DNA of 64,000 nt from a bacterium. Its GTDB lineage: Bacteria; Patescibacteriota; Minisyncoccia; Phycocordibacterales; UBA1550. Below the pieces are notes generated by a model that was not told where the DNA came from, did not search any database, and was given only the letters and a program-made list of their open reading frames with translations. The position numbers and the translations under genes were made by a program. Shown in pieces: positions 1 through 9,854 of the stretch. The DNA lies in NCBI GenBank assembly GCA_030649835.1, contig JAUSES010000029.1:4130-68129 (forward strand), written 5' to 3'. Position 1 is the first letter of the stretch. Each line of letters opens with the position of its first letter.

Positions 1-3000
1 CCTGTGCCGTTGGTAAAGCGTGCAACTACTCCGGTTGCGGTTTGTGAGACATGCAATCGTTGCTCTGGGGTGGTGGTGCCAATTCCCACATTCACTGCAA
101 ACGCTCCTGTCCCACCCAAAATGAGCGTATTTGAAGCGGTAGCTTGCGCCAAATAACCGATCGCGGCTGCATTGACGAGGTTGTTTGGAGTAGTCACGGT
201 GCCATCAGTGTATCCAGAGCTATATCCAATAAAAGTGTTCTGGTAGCCAACTGTGTTTGCGTTTCCTGATTGATATCCGATTGCCACAGATGAAGTGCCC
301 GTAGTATTGCTTGCTAGGGCTGAGTCTCCGATTGCAGTGTTTTGAATCCCACTTGAATTTGAAAACAATGCCGATTCCCCAATTGCAGTATTAGAATAAC
401 CTATTGTATTTAGATTAAGAGCTGAGTATCCAATTGCTACATTGAAAAAGCCTGTAGTATTTGAAAAAAGCGCTCTCCATCCTATTGCCGTGTTGAAGTC
501 AGAAGAAGTAGCGACATTAAGCGCCTGATATCCTATCGCAGTATTCTGTGAGCCGTCTGAAAGAAGCGCTGCTCCAGCACCTATCCCCGCTAGTGTTGAA
601 AAGTTTGTCGATGAAGCATACAAAATAGTATTTCCTGCCTGCTTGTAGCCGGAGTATTGGTCAGTGTTGATGAAGCCTGAAACGTCGAGTTTGTAGCCGG
701 GGATAGTCGTCCCTATTCCAACATTGTTTGATGAGTAATCATACACGAATCCGTTTGTTTCCACTGCGAATCCTCCAGCAAAGGTCGAGGTGGCGGTGGT
801 GCTTGTTGCCGTAAGGTAGTTGACCGTGGGACTTGTTGAGGAAGTGAGCGTCGTTCCATCAGAATGGAGCCACCCTTGTCCGAAGGATGTTTGACCCGTG
901 CCTCCCTTTGCGACTGTGAGGGTGCCGGAGATTGTGGCAAGAGTAGTCGTCGCCACCCATGCAGGCAAGCCGTTTGAAACACCGAGGACGTATCCACCGG
1001 TACCAATGCTGAGTTTGTTTAATACGTTTGCAGAGCCAGAATAGAGGAGATCACCTGCGGTATAGGTGGAGAAACCGGTACCACCGTAGAACTGGGAGAG
1101 CGTGGAGCTTGCAGAAACGAGACCACTAATTGCTTGGAGTGGGCCAGTCAATGTACCGAGTGAGAAGTTTGAAGTGAAAAGGTTGGTTGAGGATGCAGTG
1201 GTGGAGAAGGAATTTGTTGAGGTTGCGCTCGTTGTCGTTGCATTCGTAGAAACTAGACTCGGGAAGGTGTTGTTTGAAGTGGTAGTTGCGGTGAAGAATG
1301 CCCCCACAACTTCGCCCACGACGGAGAGTTTCGCGTAGGGGGTGGTGGTACCAATTCCCACATTCACGGCGTCCGCTCCAGTGCCACCGAGGACGATCGT
1401 GTTTGATGCACCGACGCGGGCATTTTTCCCGATGGCGGTAATGTTGGTAAGAACAGAGGTGCTTGCAACCGTTTCAGAACGTGAGGCTTGGTAACCAAGA
1501 AACGTTGCAAACGTGTCGATGACGGACCGCTGATCCTGAGTTGTCCCATCTCCATATCCTGCCTGATAACCAAGAGCAGTTCCTCCTTGCCCCGTGGTGT
1601 TTGAATAGAATGTACGAAATCCGTTCACTGTATTGCTTCCTCCTGAAATATTAGAAAAAAGCGAGTCCACGCCGCTAGCCGTGTTACTCCCTCCTGTTGT
1701 ATTAGAGGACATTGCAGACCTACCAATCGCCGTGTTGTTTCCTCCTGTAGTATTAGTTAGGAGTGCATTCATTCCCACACCTGTGTTATTGCCAGCAGTA
1801 GTGTTTGCAAAAAGCGAGCGATATCCAAGAGCCGTATTGCTATCCGACGATGTCGCCACATTAAGCGCCTGGTACCCTATCGCAGTATTCTGTATGCCAT
1901 CAAAAAGGAGTGCTGCTCCAGCGCCATTTCCCACGAGCGTTGAGAAGCTGGTGGATGATGCATATAAAATAGTATTTCCTGCTTGCTTGTAGCCGGAGTA
2001 TTGGTCAGTGTTGATGAAGCCTGAAACGTCGAGCTTGTAGCCGGGGATAGTCGTCCCTATTCCAACATTGTTTGATGAGTAATCATACACGAATCCGTTT
2101 GTTTCCACTGCGAATCCTCCCGCAAACGTGGAAGTGGCGGTGGTAGAAGTGGCATTTATGATATTTGAAGTGATCGTCCCTGCAACCGCAAGCATCGACA
2201 TCGGACTTGTCGTACCAATTCCCACATTCACGGCGTCCGCTCCAGTGCCACCGAGGACGATCGTGTTTGATGCACCGACGCGGGCGTTTTTCCCGATGGC
2301 GGTGCCGTTGGTGAGTGCTGTTGTGGATGCGACAGATGCATCACGTGAGGCTTGAAAACCAAAAAATGTCATAAATGTATCAATCACCGACTGCTGGTCT
2401 AGAGTGGTGCCGTCTCCTACTCCTGCTTGATACCCGATAGCAGTAGAAGAGGCGCCGGTGGTGTTGAACTGTAGGGCACCGTATCCATTTGCGGTGTTGG
2501 AAGAGCCGGTGGTGTTCTGGTTGAGTGAATAACTTCCCTCTGCGGTATTGTTCTCGCCCGTGGTATTAGCAGCTAGAGATACCACTCCGTTTGCTGTGTT
2601 TAAAGAGCCGGTAGTATTGTTAGCAAGCGACTGATAACCGCTTGAGGTATTAGAAGCCCCCGTAGTATTCAAAGTAAGAGCCCTATTTCCGTTTGCTGTA
2701 TTGAAAAGACCAGTGGTATTAGCACGGAGTGCAAAATAGCCATTTGCGGTATTGTAAGAGCCTGTTGTATTTCCCGAAAGAGCCTGCGCCCCTATCGCGC
2801 TATTCTGAATACCACTCGTGTTTGCGGTGAGCGCTATATATCCTACTGCTGTATTGTAGTCGGTAGATGTTGCTGTGTAGAGAGTTTGATAACCTATTGC
2901 CACATTCCCATCTCCCGATGTGTTAGAGTAAAGTGATTGATAACCATTACCAAGATTAAAAAAGCCCGTTGTATTTGAATAGCCTGCTTGATATCCAGTA

Positions 3001-4148
3001 GCAGAATTGCTAAATCCTGTTGTATTTGAACGAAGTGATTCATTCCCATTTGCGGTGTTTTGATAACCAGTGGTATTAGCGTATAGTGCCTTAAATCCAT
3101 TTGCTGTGTTTCTATATCCAGTTGTGTTGGAGAAAAGAGATTGATACCCCATTGAAGTAGATGACGCGCCTGTCGTATTAGAAAAAAGCGATTGATAGCC
3201 ATTTGTAGTATTTTCAGAGCCCGTAGTATTAGAGTAAAGGGACTGGTACCCCACAGCAGTTTGGTTACTGACAGTGGTATTTGAGTAGAGGGACTGATAG
3301 CCAAAAGCAGTATTGTTGGAGCCGGTGGTATTTGAAGCAAGAGATTGAGAGCCATTTGCAGTATTGTTAGAGCCGGTGTTGGTTAAAGCAGAGAGAGTGC
3401 CATACCCAATTGCGGTATTATTAGAGCCCGTAGTGGCAAAAACAAGGGCACCAGAACCGTTCGCGGTATTGTAGGATCCCGTAGTATTTAGAGAAAGGGA
3501 TTGGTCGCCATGTGCGGTGTTATCTGTTCCTGTAGTATTAAGGGTTAAGGCACCACGACCAGTTGCAGTGTTGGAAAATCCTGTAGTATTGGAACGAAGA
3601 GCCTGAACTCCAACCGCGGTATTATTATCCGACGATGTCGCCACATTAAGCGCCTGATACCCGATCGCAGTATTCTGTATGCCATCAAAAAGGAGCGCCG
3701 CTCCTGCGCCATTTCCCACGAGCGTTGAGAAGCTGGTGGATGATGCATATAAAATAGTATTTCCTGCCTGCTTGTAGCCGGAGTATTGGTCAGTGTTGAT
3801 GAAGCCTGAAACGTCGAGTTTGTAGCTAGGAATAGTCGTTCCAATCCCCACGTTGTTTGTAAAATAATCGTACACAAGTCCACTCGTTTCTGTGGCGAAC
3901 CCACCTGCAAAAGTAGAGGTTGCAGTGCTGCTGGTTGCTGTAAAATATCCAGCCGAAGCTGAGGCTCCGAGATTTGAGACCGAAACAGTACAGTCAGTTG
4001 TTGTTGGAGAACATGTTGGATCAAGTGTTTCACCCGGTGCGTATAATGGTGCCGCGAATACTGTACTCGAAAAAGCAAACAAGGAAAAAACAAACACGTA
4101 GTATGTTTTTTTAAATAATGCAAATCTGCGCGGGTAGATTATTCGCAT
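1..4148 (-). CDS. giant secreted repeat protein (partial; C-terminus lies beyond the window start). It has a signal peptide, then three near-identical modules, each with a tail-fibre-like 'NNVGIGTTxPxYKLDVSG...' segment followed by long runs of 15-16-aa Hep_Hag/YadA-head-like repeats (consensus SNTTGxxNTAxGxxAL)
   Basis: Manual translation of the minus strand from ATG at 4148..4146, with a TGA stop just upstream and GAGGT 7 nt upstream. Codon phase was checked at positions 4100-3981, 3368 and 2240 and stays open to position 1. Every ORF-track ORF in this span is in a different frame, i.e. a shadow ORF. The ORF is absent from the track, apparently because it is edge-truncated. The N-terminus reads MRIIYPRRFALFKKTYYVFVFSLFAFSSTVFAAPLYAPG... 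(signal peptide). Confidence 0.75.
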   Translation of the reverse strand, partial: MRIIYPRRFALFKKTYYVFVFSLFAFSSTVFAAPLYAPGETLDPTCSPTTTDCTVSVSNLGASASAGYFTATSSTATSTFAGGFATETSGLVYDYFTNNVGIGTTIPSYKLDVSGFINTDQYSGYKQAGNTILYASSTSFSTLVGNGAGAALLFDGIQNTAIGYQALNVATSSDNNTAVGVQALRSNTTGFSNTATGRGALTLNTTGTDNTAHGDQSLSLNTTGSYNTANGSGALVFATTGSNNTAIGYGTLSALTNTGSNNTANGSQSLASNTTGSNNTAFGYQSLYSNTTVSNQTAVGYQSLYSNTTGSENTTNGYQSLFSNTTGASSTSMGYQSLFSNTTGYRNTANGFKALYANTTGYQNTANGNESLRSNTTGFSNSATGYQAGYSNTTGFFNLGNGYQSLYSNTSGDGNVAIGYQTLYTATSTDYNTAVGYIALTANTSGIQNSAIGAQALSGNTTGSYNTANGYFALRANTTGLFNTANGNRALTLNTTGASNTSSGYQSLANNTTGSLNTANGVVSLAANTTGENNTAEGSYSLNQNTTGSSNTANGYGALQFNTTGASSTAIGYQAGVGDGTTLDQQSVIDTFMTFFGFQASRDASVASTTALTNGTAIGKNARVGASNTIVLGGTGADAVNVGIGTTSPMSMLAVAGTITSNIINATSTTATSTFAGGFAVETNGFVYDYSSNNVGIGTTIPGYKLDVSGFINTDQYSGYKQAGNTILYASSTSFSTLVGNGAGAALLFDGIQNTAIGYQALNVATSSDSNTALGYRSLFANTTAGNNTGVGMNALLTNTTGGNNTAIGRSAMSSNTTGGSNTASGVDSLFSNISGGSNTVNGFRTFYSNTTGQGGTALGYQAGYGDGTTQDQRSVIDTFATFLGYQASRSETVASTSVLTNITAIGKNARVGASNTIVLGGTGADAVNVGIGTTTPYAKLSVVGEVVGAFFTATTTSNNTFPSLVSTNATTTSATSTNSFSTTASSTNLFTSNFSLGTLTGPLQAISGLVSASSTLSQFYGGTGFSTYTAGDLLYSGSANVLNKLSIGTGGYVLGVSNGLPAWVATTTLATISGTLTVAKGGTGQTSFGQGWLHSDGTTLTSSTSPTVNYLTATSTTATSTFAGGFAVETNGFVYDYSSNNVGIGTTIPGYKLDVSGFINTDQYSGYKQAGNTILYASSTNFSTLAGIGAGAALLSDGSQNTAIGYQALNVATSSDFNTAIGWRALFSNTTGFFNVAIGYSALNLNTIGYSNTAIGESALFSNSSGIQNTAIGDSALASNTTGTSSVAIGYQSGNANTVGYQNTFIGYSSGYTDGTVTTPNNLVNAAAIGYLAQATASNTLILGGTGAFAVNVGIGTTTPEQRLHVSQTATGVVARFTNGT

Positions 4149-4196
4149 AATACCTCATTCATATTATACACTATCTTCGGTGCGTATGACGAGCAA

Positions 4197-4249
4197 AAAT
4201 CAATAGATGGGGAGGTTCGCTACGCGCACCTCCCCATCTATTGATTTTC
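4197..4249. terminator. perfect 21-bp-stem hairpin with a CGCTACGCG apex, between the ends of two convergent/minus-strand genes
   Basis: aaaatcaatagatggggaggt-tcgctacgcgc-acctccccatctattgatttt. Confidence 0.5.
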
Positions 4250-4266
4250 GCTTTCTGACACACAAA

Positions 4267-6183
4267 TTAAACCTCAAACTTCTTCTGAATAATTCCTCTC
4301 GGTGCCTCAACTTCTTGCGAGAAATCTGCCTGTGCGTAGGAGCCATCCTGTCCTTTTCTCATCACGCCCACATTGTATGTTCCCTTTGCCACCAACATAT
4401 AGTATCTGCCGAGTGCATCGGTAATACTTTTTCGCACCTCAACCTTACTATCCGGATGGGAAACTTTCACGACGCCAAAAGCAAGAGGGAGCCCCGTCTC
4501 TTTTTCAATGACTACCCCATGCGGTCTGTCCCCAGTTCCTACCTTGCGGAGAACCCAAACAAAAACATACAGTCCCCAAATTGCAAAATTATACGGCTGA
4601 GGATCAATAAAAATAATAAAAAGAGTTACAATAAAACCAACTATAAATAGGATGCGCGATAGTCGCTCAATAAAAATAATATTACGCGAATAAAACCCCA
4701 TAAGGTGCTGTGTGCGTTTTGCATATTCGTTCCAGTCAAACCCTTCGGGGTCCATGGGAATATCACGCGCAAGAAATGCCCCACCTTCAGTTAGTATAAG
4801 AGGTTCCCCAAAATATAGATTTCCGTAAAACTCATCCGCTGTTTTCCCCGCAAGCACCGTTGACGGAAATTTATAATTTGTTTTATTTACTACAATGCGA
4901 TAGATCCCCGGGGGCGCAAAAAACCCATACCGTCCATCAAGGTCAGTAAATGCCGTCGCAACTTCTTTCCCCTCAAGGGTTTGCAGTTCAACATACGCAG
5001 GATCAAGTGGTTGTTTTGTCACACTGTCATACACAGCGCCCCATGGGCGATGACGACGTTTGAGCCCAAACACGGTGAGCAGGAGTCCCCACAGCTGTGC
5101 GGGAAGTAGGAGCAACTCAGAAAATGAAAATGCCTGCGCAAACAGAAGCGAAAAGAGAGACGTGGTTCCTCCCATCACTACACCAGCAGTAGTTACCGTA
5201 TTACTTGTAATCGCCCCCTGAGGTGTATCTAAAACTATTTTTGCCCCTTGCCGAACATTATCAACTGACTTACGCGCCTGTACCGTACTTCTGTTTACTG
5301 ATTCTTTTGCATTTGAAAATGCGGTGCCTATGCTCGTGATAATATTACCGACTTGTTCTGAAACAGTGTTAACCACTGACGAAAAAGTACCTCCTCCTCC
5401 GCCACCCCCACCAGATGACCCACTATTATTTTGCCCTCCATTTTGCCCTCCATCGGGAGAAGGAATTGGGATTGGAGTAGGGGTTGGTTCTAATGTAGGA
5501 GTTGGAGTTGGGGTGGGCGCAGGTTCTGGTACGGGTGTAGGTTCGGGTATCGGCGTTGGAGGAGGTGTTGGTTCTGGGGTCGGTTCTGACGTTGGTGTAG
5601 GTGGCACAACCACTGGTCCCCCTCCCACAGGATCCGTTTCATTATTGTCACCTGTCCCTGTACACCCAGGATCTGTGGGATAATCTACTTTCCCATCACT
5701 GTCATCATCAATAACATTGCTACACTGTGGAGGTAACCAGTTTGTTTGTACTTTGTGTGAGAGCGTGCCACACGTGCTATCTGTCGCGCAGCTAAAAACA
5801 AGCCAGCCTTTTGTTTCACTCCACGCATAGCCATTAAAGTTTCCCGATGCATCGATGGTCACCCCGCCATTTGTGGGCTTAAAATTTATCCAGCCTGTGT
5901 TTTGCCCCCATGCATACCCGGTAAGGACGCCACTTCCGTTGTTTGTCACACCGCCATTTGTGGGTGCCAAATTGATCCAGCCAAAATTTGTACTCCATGC
6001 GTAACCAGTTATGTTTCCGCTATTCACCACCACGCCACCATTCGTACTACCAAAATTCACCAAAGAATTGTCATCCAAAAACCGCGCATACTTGTTTGTT
6101 GTATCAATGGTCCCCGCAGATGTAAGAAGAGGGACGGCGAAAAAGAAAAAAAGAGTGAGGGCGAGACGCTTCATTGACAACAT
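4267..6183 (-). CDS. modular membrane/surface protein: signal peptide, four Trp-rich beta-repeats (GYAWSxxxGWINF), a Pro/Thr-rich linker, a Gly-rich tract, TM helices and two carboxypeptidase-regulatory-like (CarboxypepD_reg-type) domains
   Basis: ORF-track translation shows a PTPEPTP linker, a GGGGGGGG run, hydrophobic helices, and motifs 'DLDGRYGFFAPPGIYRIVV' and 'DALGRYYMLVAKGTYNVGV'. The track starts at a TTG; the true start is probably MKRLAL at ~6174. Confidence 0.6.
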   Translation of the reverse strand: MLSMKRLALTLFFFFAVPLLTSAGTIDTTNKYARFLDDNSLVNFGSTNGGVVVNSGNITGYAWSTNFGWINLAPTNGGVTNNGSGVLTGYAWGQNTGWINFKPTNGGVTIDASGNFNGYAWSETKGWLVFSCATDSTCGTLSHKVQTNWLPPQCSNVIDDDSDGKVDYPTDPGCTGTGDNNETDPVGGGPVVVPPTPTSEPTPEPTPPPTPIPEPTPVPEPAPTPTPTPTLEPTPTPIPIPSPDGGQNGGQNNSGSSGGGGGGGGTFSSVVNTVSEQVGNIITSIGTAFSNAKESVNRSTVQARKSVDNVRQGAKIVLDTPQGAITSNTVTTAGVVMGGTTSLFSLLFAQAFSFSELLLLPAQLWGLLLTVFGLKRRHRPWGAVYDSVTKQPLDPAYVELQTLEGKEVATAFTDLDGRYGFFAPPGIYRIVVNKTNYKFPSTVLAGKTADEFYGNLYFGEPLILTEGGAFLARDIPMDPEGFDWNEYAKRTQHLMGFYSRNIIFIERLSRILFIVGFIVTLFIIFIDPQPYNFAIWGLYVFVWVLRKVGTGDRPHGVVIEKETGLPLAFGVVKVSHPDSKVEVRKSITDALGRYYMLVAKGTYNVGVMRKGQDGSYAQADFSQEVEAPRGIIQKKFEV

Positions 6184-6283
6184 TGTACAAAATTTGACAA
6201 CTTTCTACAATTTGATACACTACTTGAGTTAATGTCCGTCCCGAAAGCGGACTTTTTTGTTAATAATTAACTGAAAAATCACC

Positions 6284-7549
6284 ATGTTAGACTTAAAAAC
6301 ACTGGGTTCCGCGCTTGAACAGCTTGAAGTAGAGAGAGGGATTCCGCGCGCAAAAATCATTGAGGCTATTGAGCAGGCTCTTGCTGCTGCCTACAAAAAA
6401 GATTTTGGAAAGAAGGGGCAAATTGTCCGTGGGGTTTTTGATATAAACTCTGGCAAAGCAGAATTCATTCAAGTGAAAATTGTAGTTGATGAAAATGCCG
6501 TACGTATGCCGGACGACAGTGACGAGGAGGCGGAAGCAAAAGAAAAAGCGCTCAACGCTGATGTTCCCGAAGGTGAGGAAATCTCCCTCCGCCGTTTCAG
6601 CCCTGAGCACGACATTCTTCTCGCAGATGCGCGCCGTATCAAGCGCGACGCCGTTTCGGGCGACGAAGTTATTTTCCCTCTTGAGGCGCACGACGACTAC
6701 GGTCGCATCGCTGCGCAAACCGCAAAGCAGGTGATCATTCAGCGTATTCGCGAAGCAGAAAAAGTTTCTATCATTGGTGAATACGGCACAAAGACTGGCG
6801 ACATTGTGCAAGGCACCGTGCAGAGAATGGAGCGCGGAAACATTTTTGTTGACCTCGGCAAAACAACGGGTCTCCTTGCATACGAGGACCAGATCCCAAG
6901 CGAGCGCTACAAGCAAGGCGAGCGCATTAGCGCATTCTTATATAAAGTAGAGGAGACACCTCGTGGCATTGACGTACGTCTTTCTCGTGCGCATCCAAAA
7001 ATGATTGAGAAACTTTTTGCGCAAGAGGCTCCCGAGGTTGCCGCAGGCACCGTGCAAATCAAAGCAGTTGCTCGTGAAGCAGGCTCACGTGCAAAGGTTG
7101 CTGTGTCTTCCTCAGACGAACACATCGACCCCATCGGCTCCTGTGTGGGTCAGCGTGGTGTGCGTGTTTCTACCGTCATGAGTGAGCTCGGTGGTGAGAA
7201 AATTGACCTCATTATGTGGTCGGAGGATTCAAAAAAGTTTATCGAAGACTCTCTTTCTCCTGCACAAGTACAGTCTGTAGTTCTTGATGAAGAAAAACAC
7301 CAAGCCACGGTAACGGTTTCGGCAGACCAGCAGTCACTCGCAATCGGTCGCGGTGGACAAAATGTTCGCCTCGCCGCAAAGCTCACCGGCTGGAAGCTCG
7401 ACATCGTTGGTCTTGCAAGTGAAGTAGTAGCCGAAGCAACACCTGAAGGCGGAGTAAAAACAGAAGAGGCAACTGAGACCCTAGACCTAAAGGCTGCTGT
7501 AGCTGAAGCCACCTCTGAAACAACAGAAACTCCCGCAGTATCCGAATAA
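6284..7549 (+). CDS. nusA: transcription termination/antitermination factor NusA
   Basis: NusA N-terminal domain, S1 and KH regions in the translation (…GDIVQGTVQRMERGNIFVDLG…), with an acidic C-terminal tail. Confidence 0.9.
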   Translation: MLDLKTLGSALEQLEVERGIPRAKIIEAIEQALAAAYKKDFGKKGQIVRGVFDINSGKAEFIQVKIVVDENAVRMPDDSDEEAEAKEKALNADVPEGEEISLRRFSPEHDILLADARRIKRDAVSGDEVIFPLEAHDDYGRIAAQTAKQVIIQRIREAEKVSIIGEYGTKTGDIVQGTVQRMERGNIFVDLGKTTGLLAYEDQIPSERYKQGERISAFLYKVEETPRGIDVRLSRAHPKMIEKLFAQEAPEVAAGTVQIKAVAREAGSRAKVAVSSSDEHIDPIGSCVGQRGVRVSTVMSELGGEKIDLIMWSEDSKKFIEDSLSPAQVQSVVLDEEKHQATVTVSADQQSLAIGRGGQNVRLAAKLTGWKLDIVGLASEVVAEATPEGGVKTEEATETLDLKAAVAEATSETTETPAVSE

Positions 7550-7582
7550 TCCTATTAGCTAATAACCTAACACCTAAAACCT

Positions 7583-8119
7583 ATGTCTACAAATCTCTGG
7601 CATGATATTTCACTCGGCGACAATGCTCCTAAGGAAATCAACGTCATTGTTGAAATTCCAAAAGGCTCCAAAAATAAATACGAAATCGATAAAAAGACGG
7701 GGCTCATTGCGCTTGACCGCGCAATGCATAGCGCGCAGGATTACCCTTTTGACTACGGCTTTGTGCCACAAACACTGTGGGATGACGGCGATGCACTCGA
7801 CGTAGTGCTTCTCACTACCTATCCACTTGCTCCGGGGATTTTGGTAAGTGCTCGTCCAGTTGCTATTATGCACATGATTGATGGCGGTGAGGGCGACGAC
7901 AAAGTGATTGCAGTGCCTGTCGGCGATCCACGCTGGGCGGAAGTGCAGGATTTAAAAGACATCAACAAGCATACACTCAAAGAAATTGAGCATTTTTTCA
8001 CCACCTACAAAACAATTCAAAATAAAGTGGTGGAAGTGTCTGGGTTTGAAGGGAAGGATGCTGCCCATGCAGGGGTTTTAAAGAGTATTGAGCTCTATAA
8101 AAAAGAATTTGGGAAGTAG
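7583..8119 (+). CDS. ppa: inorganic pyrophosphatase (family I)
   Basis: Typical family-I PPase sequence (…VIVEIPKGSKNKYEIDKKTG…DGDALDVVLL…). Confidence 0.9.
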   Translation: MSTNLWHDISLGDNAPKEINVIVEIPKGSKNKYEIDKKTGLIALDRAMHSAQDYPFDYGFVPQTLWDDGDALDVVLLTTYPLAPGILVSARPVAIMHMIDGGEGDDKVIAVPVGDPRWAEVQDLKDINKHTLKEIEHFFTTYKTIQNKVVEVSGFEGKDAAHAGVLKSIELYKKEFGK

Positions 8120-8139
8120 CGGGGGGAACTAAAATACAC

Positions 8140-8290
8140 ACTCGGGACGGTGGGAACGGGAACCCACATGAGAAGGAAACGCACAGTCGCTACGCGACTG
8201 TGCGTTTCCTTGTTTTTATGTGTTCTTGCCATCCATATTCCTTCTGTCCCAAATGTTCCTACTGTCCCCTTTCTCTATCCCCTCTCTCCC
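8140..8290. repeat. intergenic palindromic element (family T copy 1) containing a rho-independent terminator hairpin (8173..8219) with a GCTACGCG apex
   Basis: ggaaacgcacagtcgctacgcgactgtgcgtttcc followed by a T-tract. It is flanked by gggacgg…gggaac on the left and gtcccaaatgttcc…ctgtccc on the right. Homologous copies lie at 44330..44445 and 50752..50900. Confidence 0.6.
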
Positions 8291-8389
8291 TTGTAGCCCA
8301 CACTCTTTCCTTATATACTACCTGTATGTGTGAGAAGAGGGGTCGTTGGGACTACAAAATTAATAGTTTTAAATAAACAAATAAAATAT

Positions 8390-9229
8390 ATGAGAAAAAA
8401 CATTATCGCCCTTGCTTTACTTATCGCCTTCGGCGGAGTTGGGATGGCGAGCGCAGAGACAGACGGAACAGGAAGCGCTGATGCATCCGTAACGACAAAC
8501 ACGAGCACGAGTGAGTCATCAACGGGAACCCTCGGGCTACCTCCGACAGTGCCAAAACTTCGCGCAGAAACACGTGAGCAAATGGAAATGAAGGCAAGAG
8601 TGCTTCGCGCGTCTACCACAGAGATGCGCAAGGACATGCGCGCCTCAACCACTGCAGCCATCAAAGTTATGCATGGAGAAATGAAGGGCGACATGAAAGA
8701 CGCACGACACGAAATGGAAGCGCGCGCAAAAGCACTTCGCGCATCAAGCACCATGGCGCGTGAAAACATGAAAGATGAACAGCACAAAAAGCGTCTTGAA
8801 CAAGCACGCAAGAAACTGGAGATGATTGACAAGCGTTTGGAAGCGGCAATTGAGCGCGTTCAAAAACTTTCTGACCGTGTTTCTGAAAGACTCAGCCAGC
8901 AACCAGCAGGCTCAACGACCGTTTCCCTATCTCATCTCGCAGAAGCTAAAGTAAAGCTCGATGAAGCGCGCACCAAATCTGCGTCCCTCAAGCTTTCTAT
9001 TGAAACAGCCCTCGCAAGCTCAGGCTCTGGAACCGCATCAAGCACCACACCAAAAGATGTACTCAAGGATGTGCGCGACGCAGTGAAAGATACTACCGAC
9101 TTGATAAAAGAAGCACACCGCCATGTTGTTCTTGCAATTTCTTCACTAAAGCCAGGACTTAAAAAAGATCGTCCTGCAACAACGACAGCACAAGTGGGCG
9201 CTACTACTAGTGCTACGGTAACTCAGTAA
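8390..9229 (+). CDS. secreted coiled-coil protein (signal peptide; K/E/R-rich helical repeats)
   Basis: The ORF-track ORF is 8330..9229. The likely true start is MRKNIIALALLIAFGGVGMASA at 8390, giving a signal peptide. Confidence 0.6.
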   Translation: MRKNIIALALLIAFGGVGMASAETDGTGSADASVTTNTSTSESSTGTLGLPPTVPKLRAETREQMEMKARVLRASTTEMRKDMRASTTAAIKVMHGEMKGDMKDARHEMEARAKALRASSTMARENMKDEQHKKRLEQARKKLEMIDKRLEAAIERVQKLSDRVSERLSQQPAGSTTVSLSHLAEAKVKLDEARTKSASLKLSIETALASSGSGTASSTTPKDVLKDVRDAVKDTTDLIKEAHRHVVLAISSLKPGLKKDRPATTTAQVGATTSATVTQ

Positions 9230-9341
9230 TCTTATTAGCGACGTAGGACGAGCGAAGCGAAAAGTAATCTTTTCATTTCCGAGCCGAGGAGCTAATATAA
9301 GGGTTGAATACCGCTTTTATTCGTATAATTCATTAACTATT

Positions 9342-9638
9342 ATGGACACCAACATGAACATGGGCACACAAATGCCTACAGAAAAAAAATCAACGGGTGC
9401 AACAATAAGCATTATTGTTATCGTACTCGTTCTTGCATTCGGCGCATACTACTTCCTAAAGCAGGTTCCTGCCGGAATGGACAATGGCGCCGTCACCGAA
9501 TCTGAACTCCAAAATGACCAAGTAGCAAACGCACTTTCTACTCAAGGGTCATCGACAGACATCGCTGATATCCAAAAAGACCTTGACGCAACCGACTTCT
9601 CCGGTATCGACGCAGGCCTAAGCGACGTAACAATCTAA
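9342..9638 (+). CDS. small single-pass membrane protein
   Basis: One hydrophobic helix (ISIIVIVLVLAFGAYYFL), followed by a terminator hairpin at 9664..9709. Confidence 0.5.
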   Translation: MDTNMNMGTQMPTEKKSTGATISIIVIVLVLAFGAYYFLKQVPAGMDNGAVTESELQNDQVANALSTQGSSTDIADIQKDLDATDFSGIDAGLSDVTI

Positions 9639-9663
9639 CAATCCTTTTCTCTCTCAAAAAATA

Positions 9664-9709
9664 AAGGACCGACCTTCTTGAATACTTAAGGTCGGTCCTT
9701 TATTTTTTG
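9664..9709 (+). terminator. rho-independent terminator
   Basis: aaaggaccgacc…ggtcggtccttt followed by attttttg. Confidence 0.6.
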
Positions 9710-9854
9710 TAAACTTTCCTGCCCCTACACCTATTCCCGCATTGTTTAGCTTTTAGAATATTCGGTTACGAGGCGACATTAATCCTTTTTATATTTTCCA
9801 TTCAGTGGTGGTTGTTTAGAAGAACAAAAGCGATACGGGGATAGGTGTAGGGGC

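Noticed and set aside
713-4123. ORF-track ORFs inside the first 4.1 kb (713..1006-, 1102..1338+, 1364..1573-, 1633..1992+, 2128..2355+, 2894..3355-, 3545..4123-, 3892..4101+)
   Set aside because: All are in frames other than the one long open frame (phase of ATG 4148). Their translations are low-complexity mirror images of the repeat protein, so they are shadow ORFs.
5324-6232. Plus-strand ORFs 5324..5683 (poly-Pro/Gly-Val), 5902..6177 and 6011..6232
   Set aside because: They lie antisense to the Pro/Thr/Gly-rich linker and N-terminus of the 638-aa minus-strand protein and are compositional shadows.
6293-8832. Minus-strand ORFs overlapping nusA and ppa (6293..6916, 6907..7134, 7150..7512, 7610..7873, 8311..8832)
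   Set aside because: They are antisense to well-supported housekeeping genes and have no motifs.
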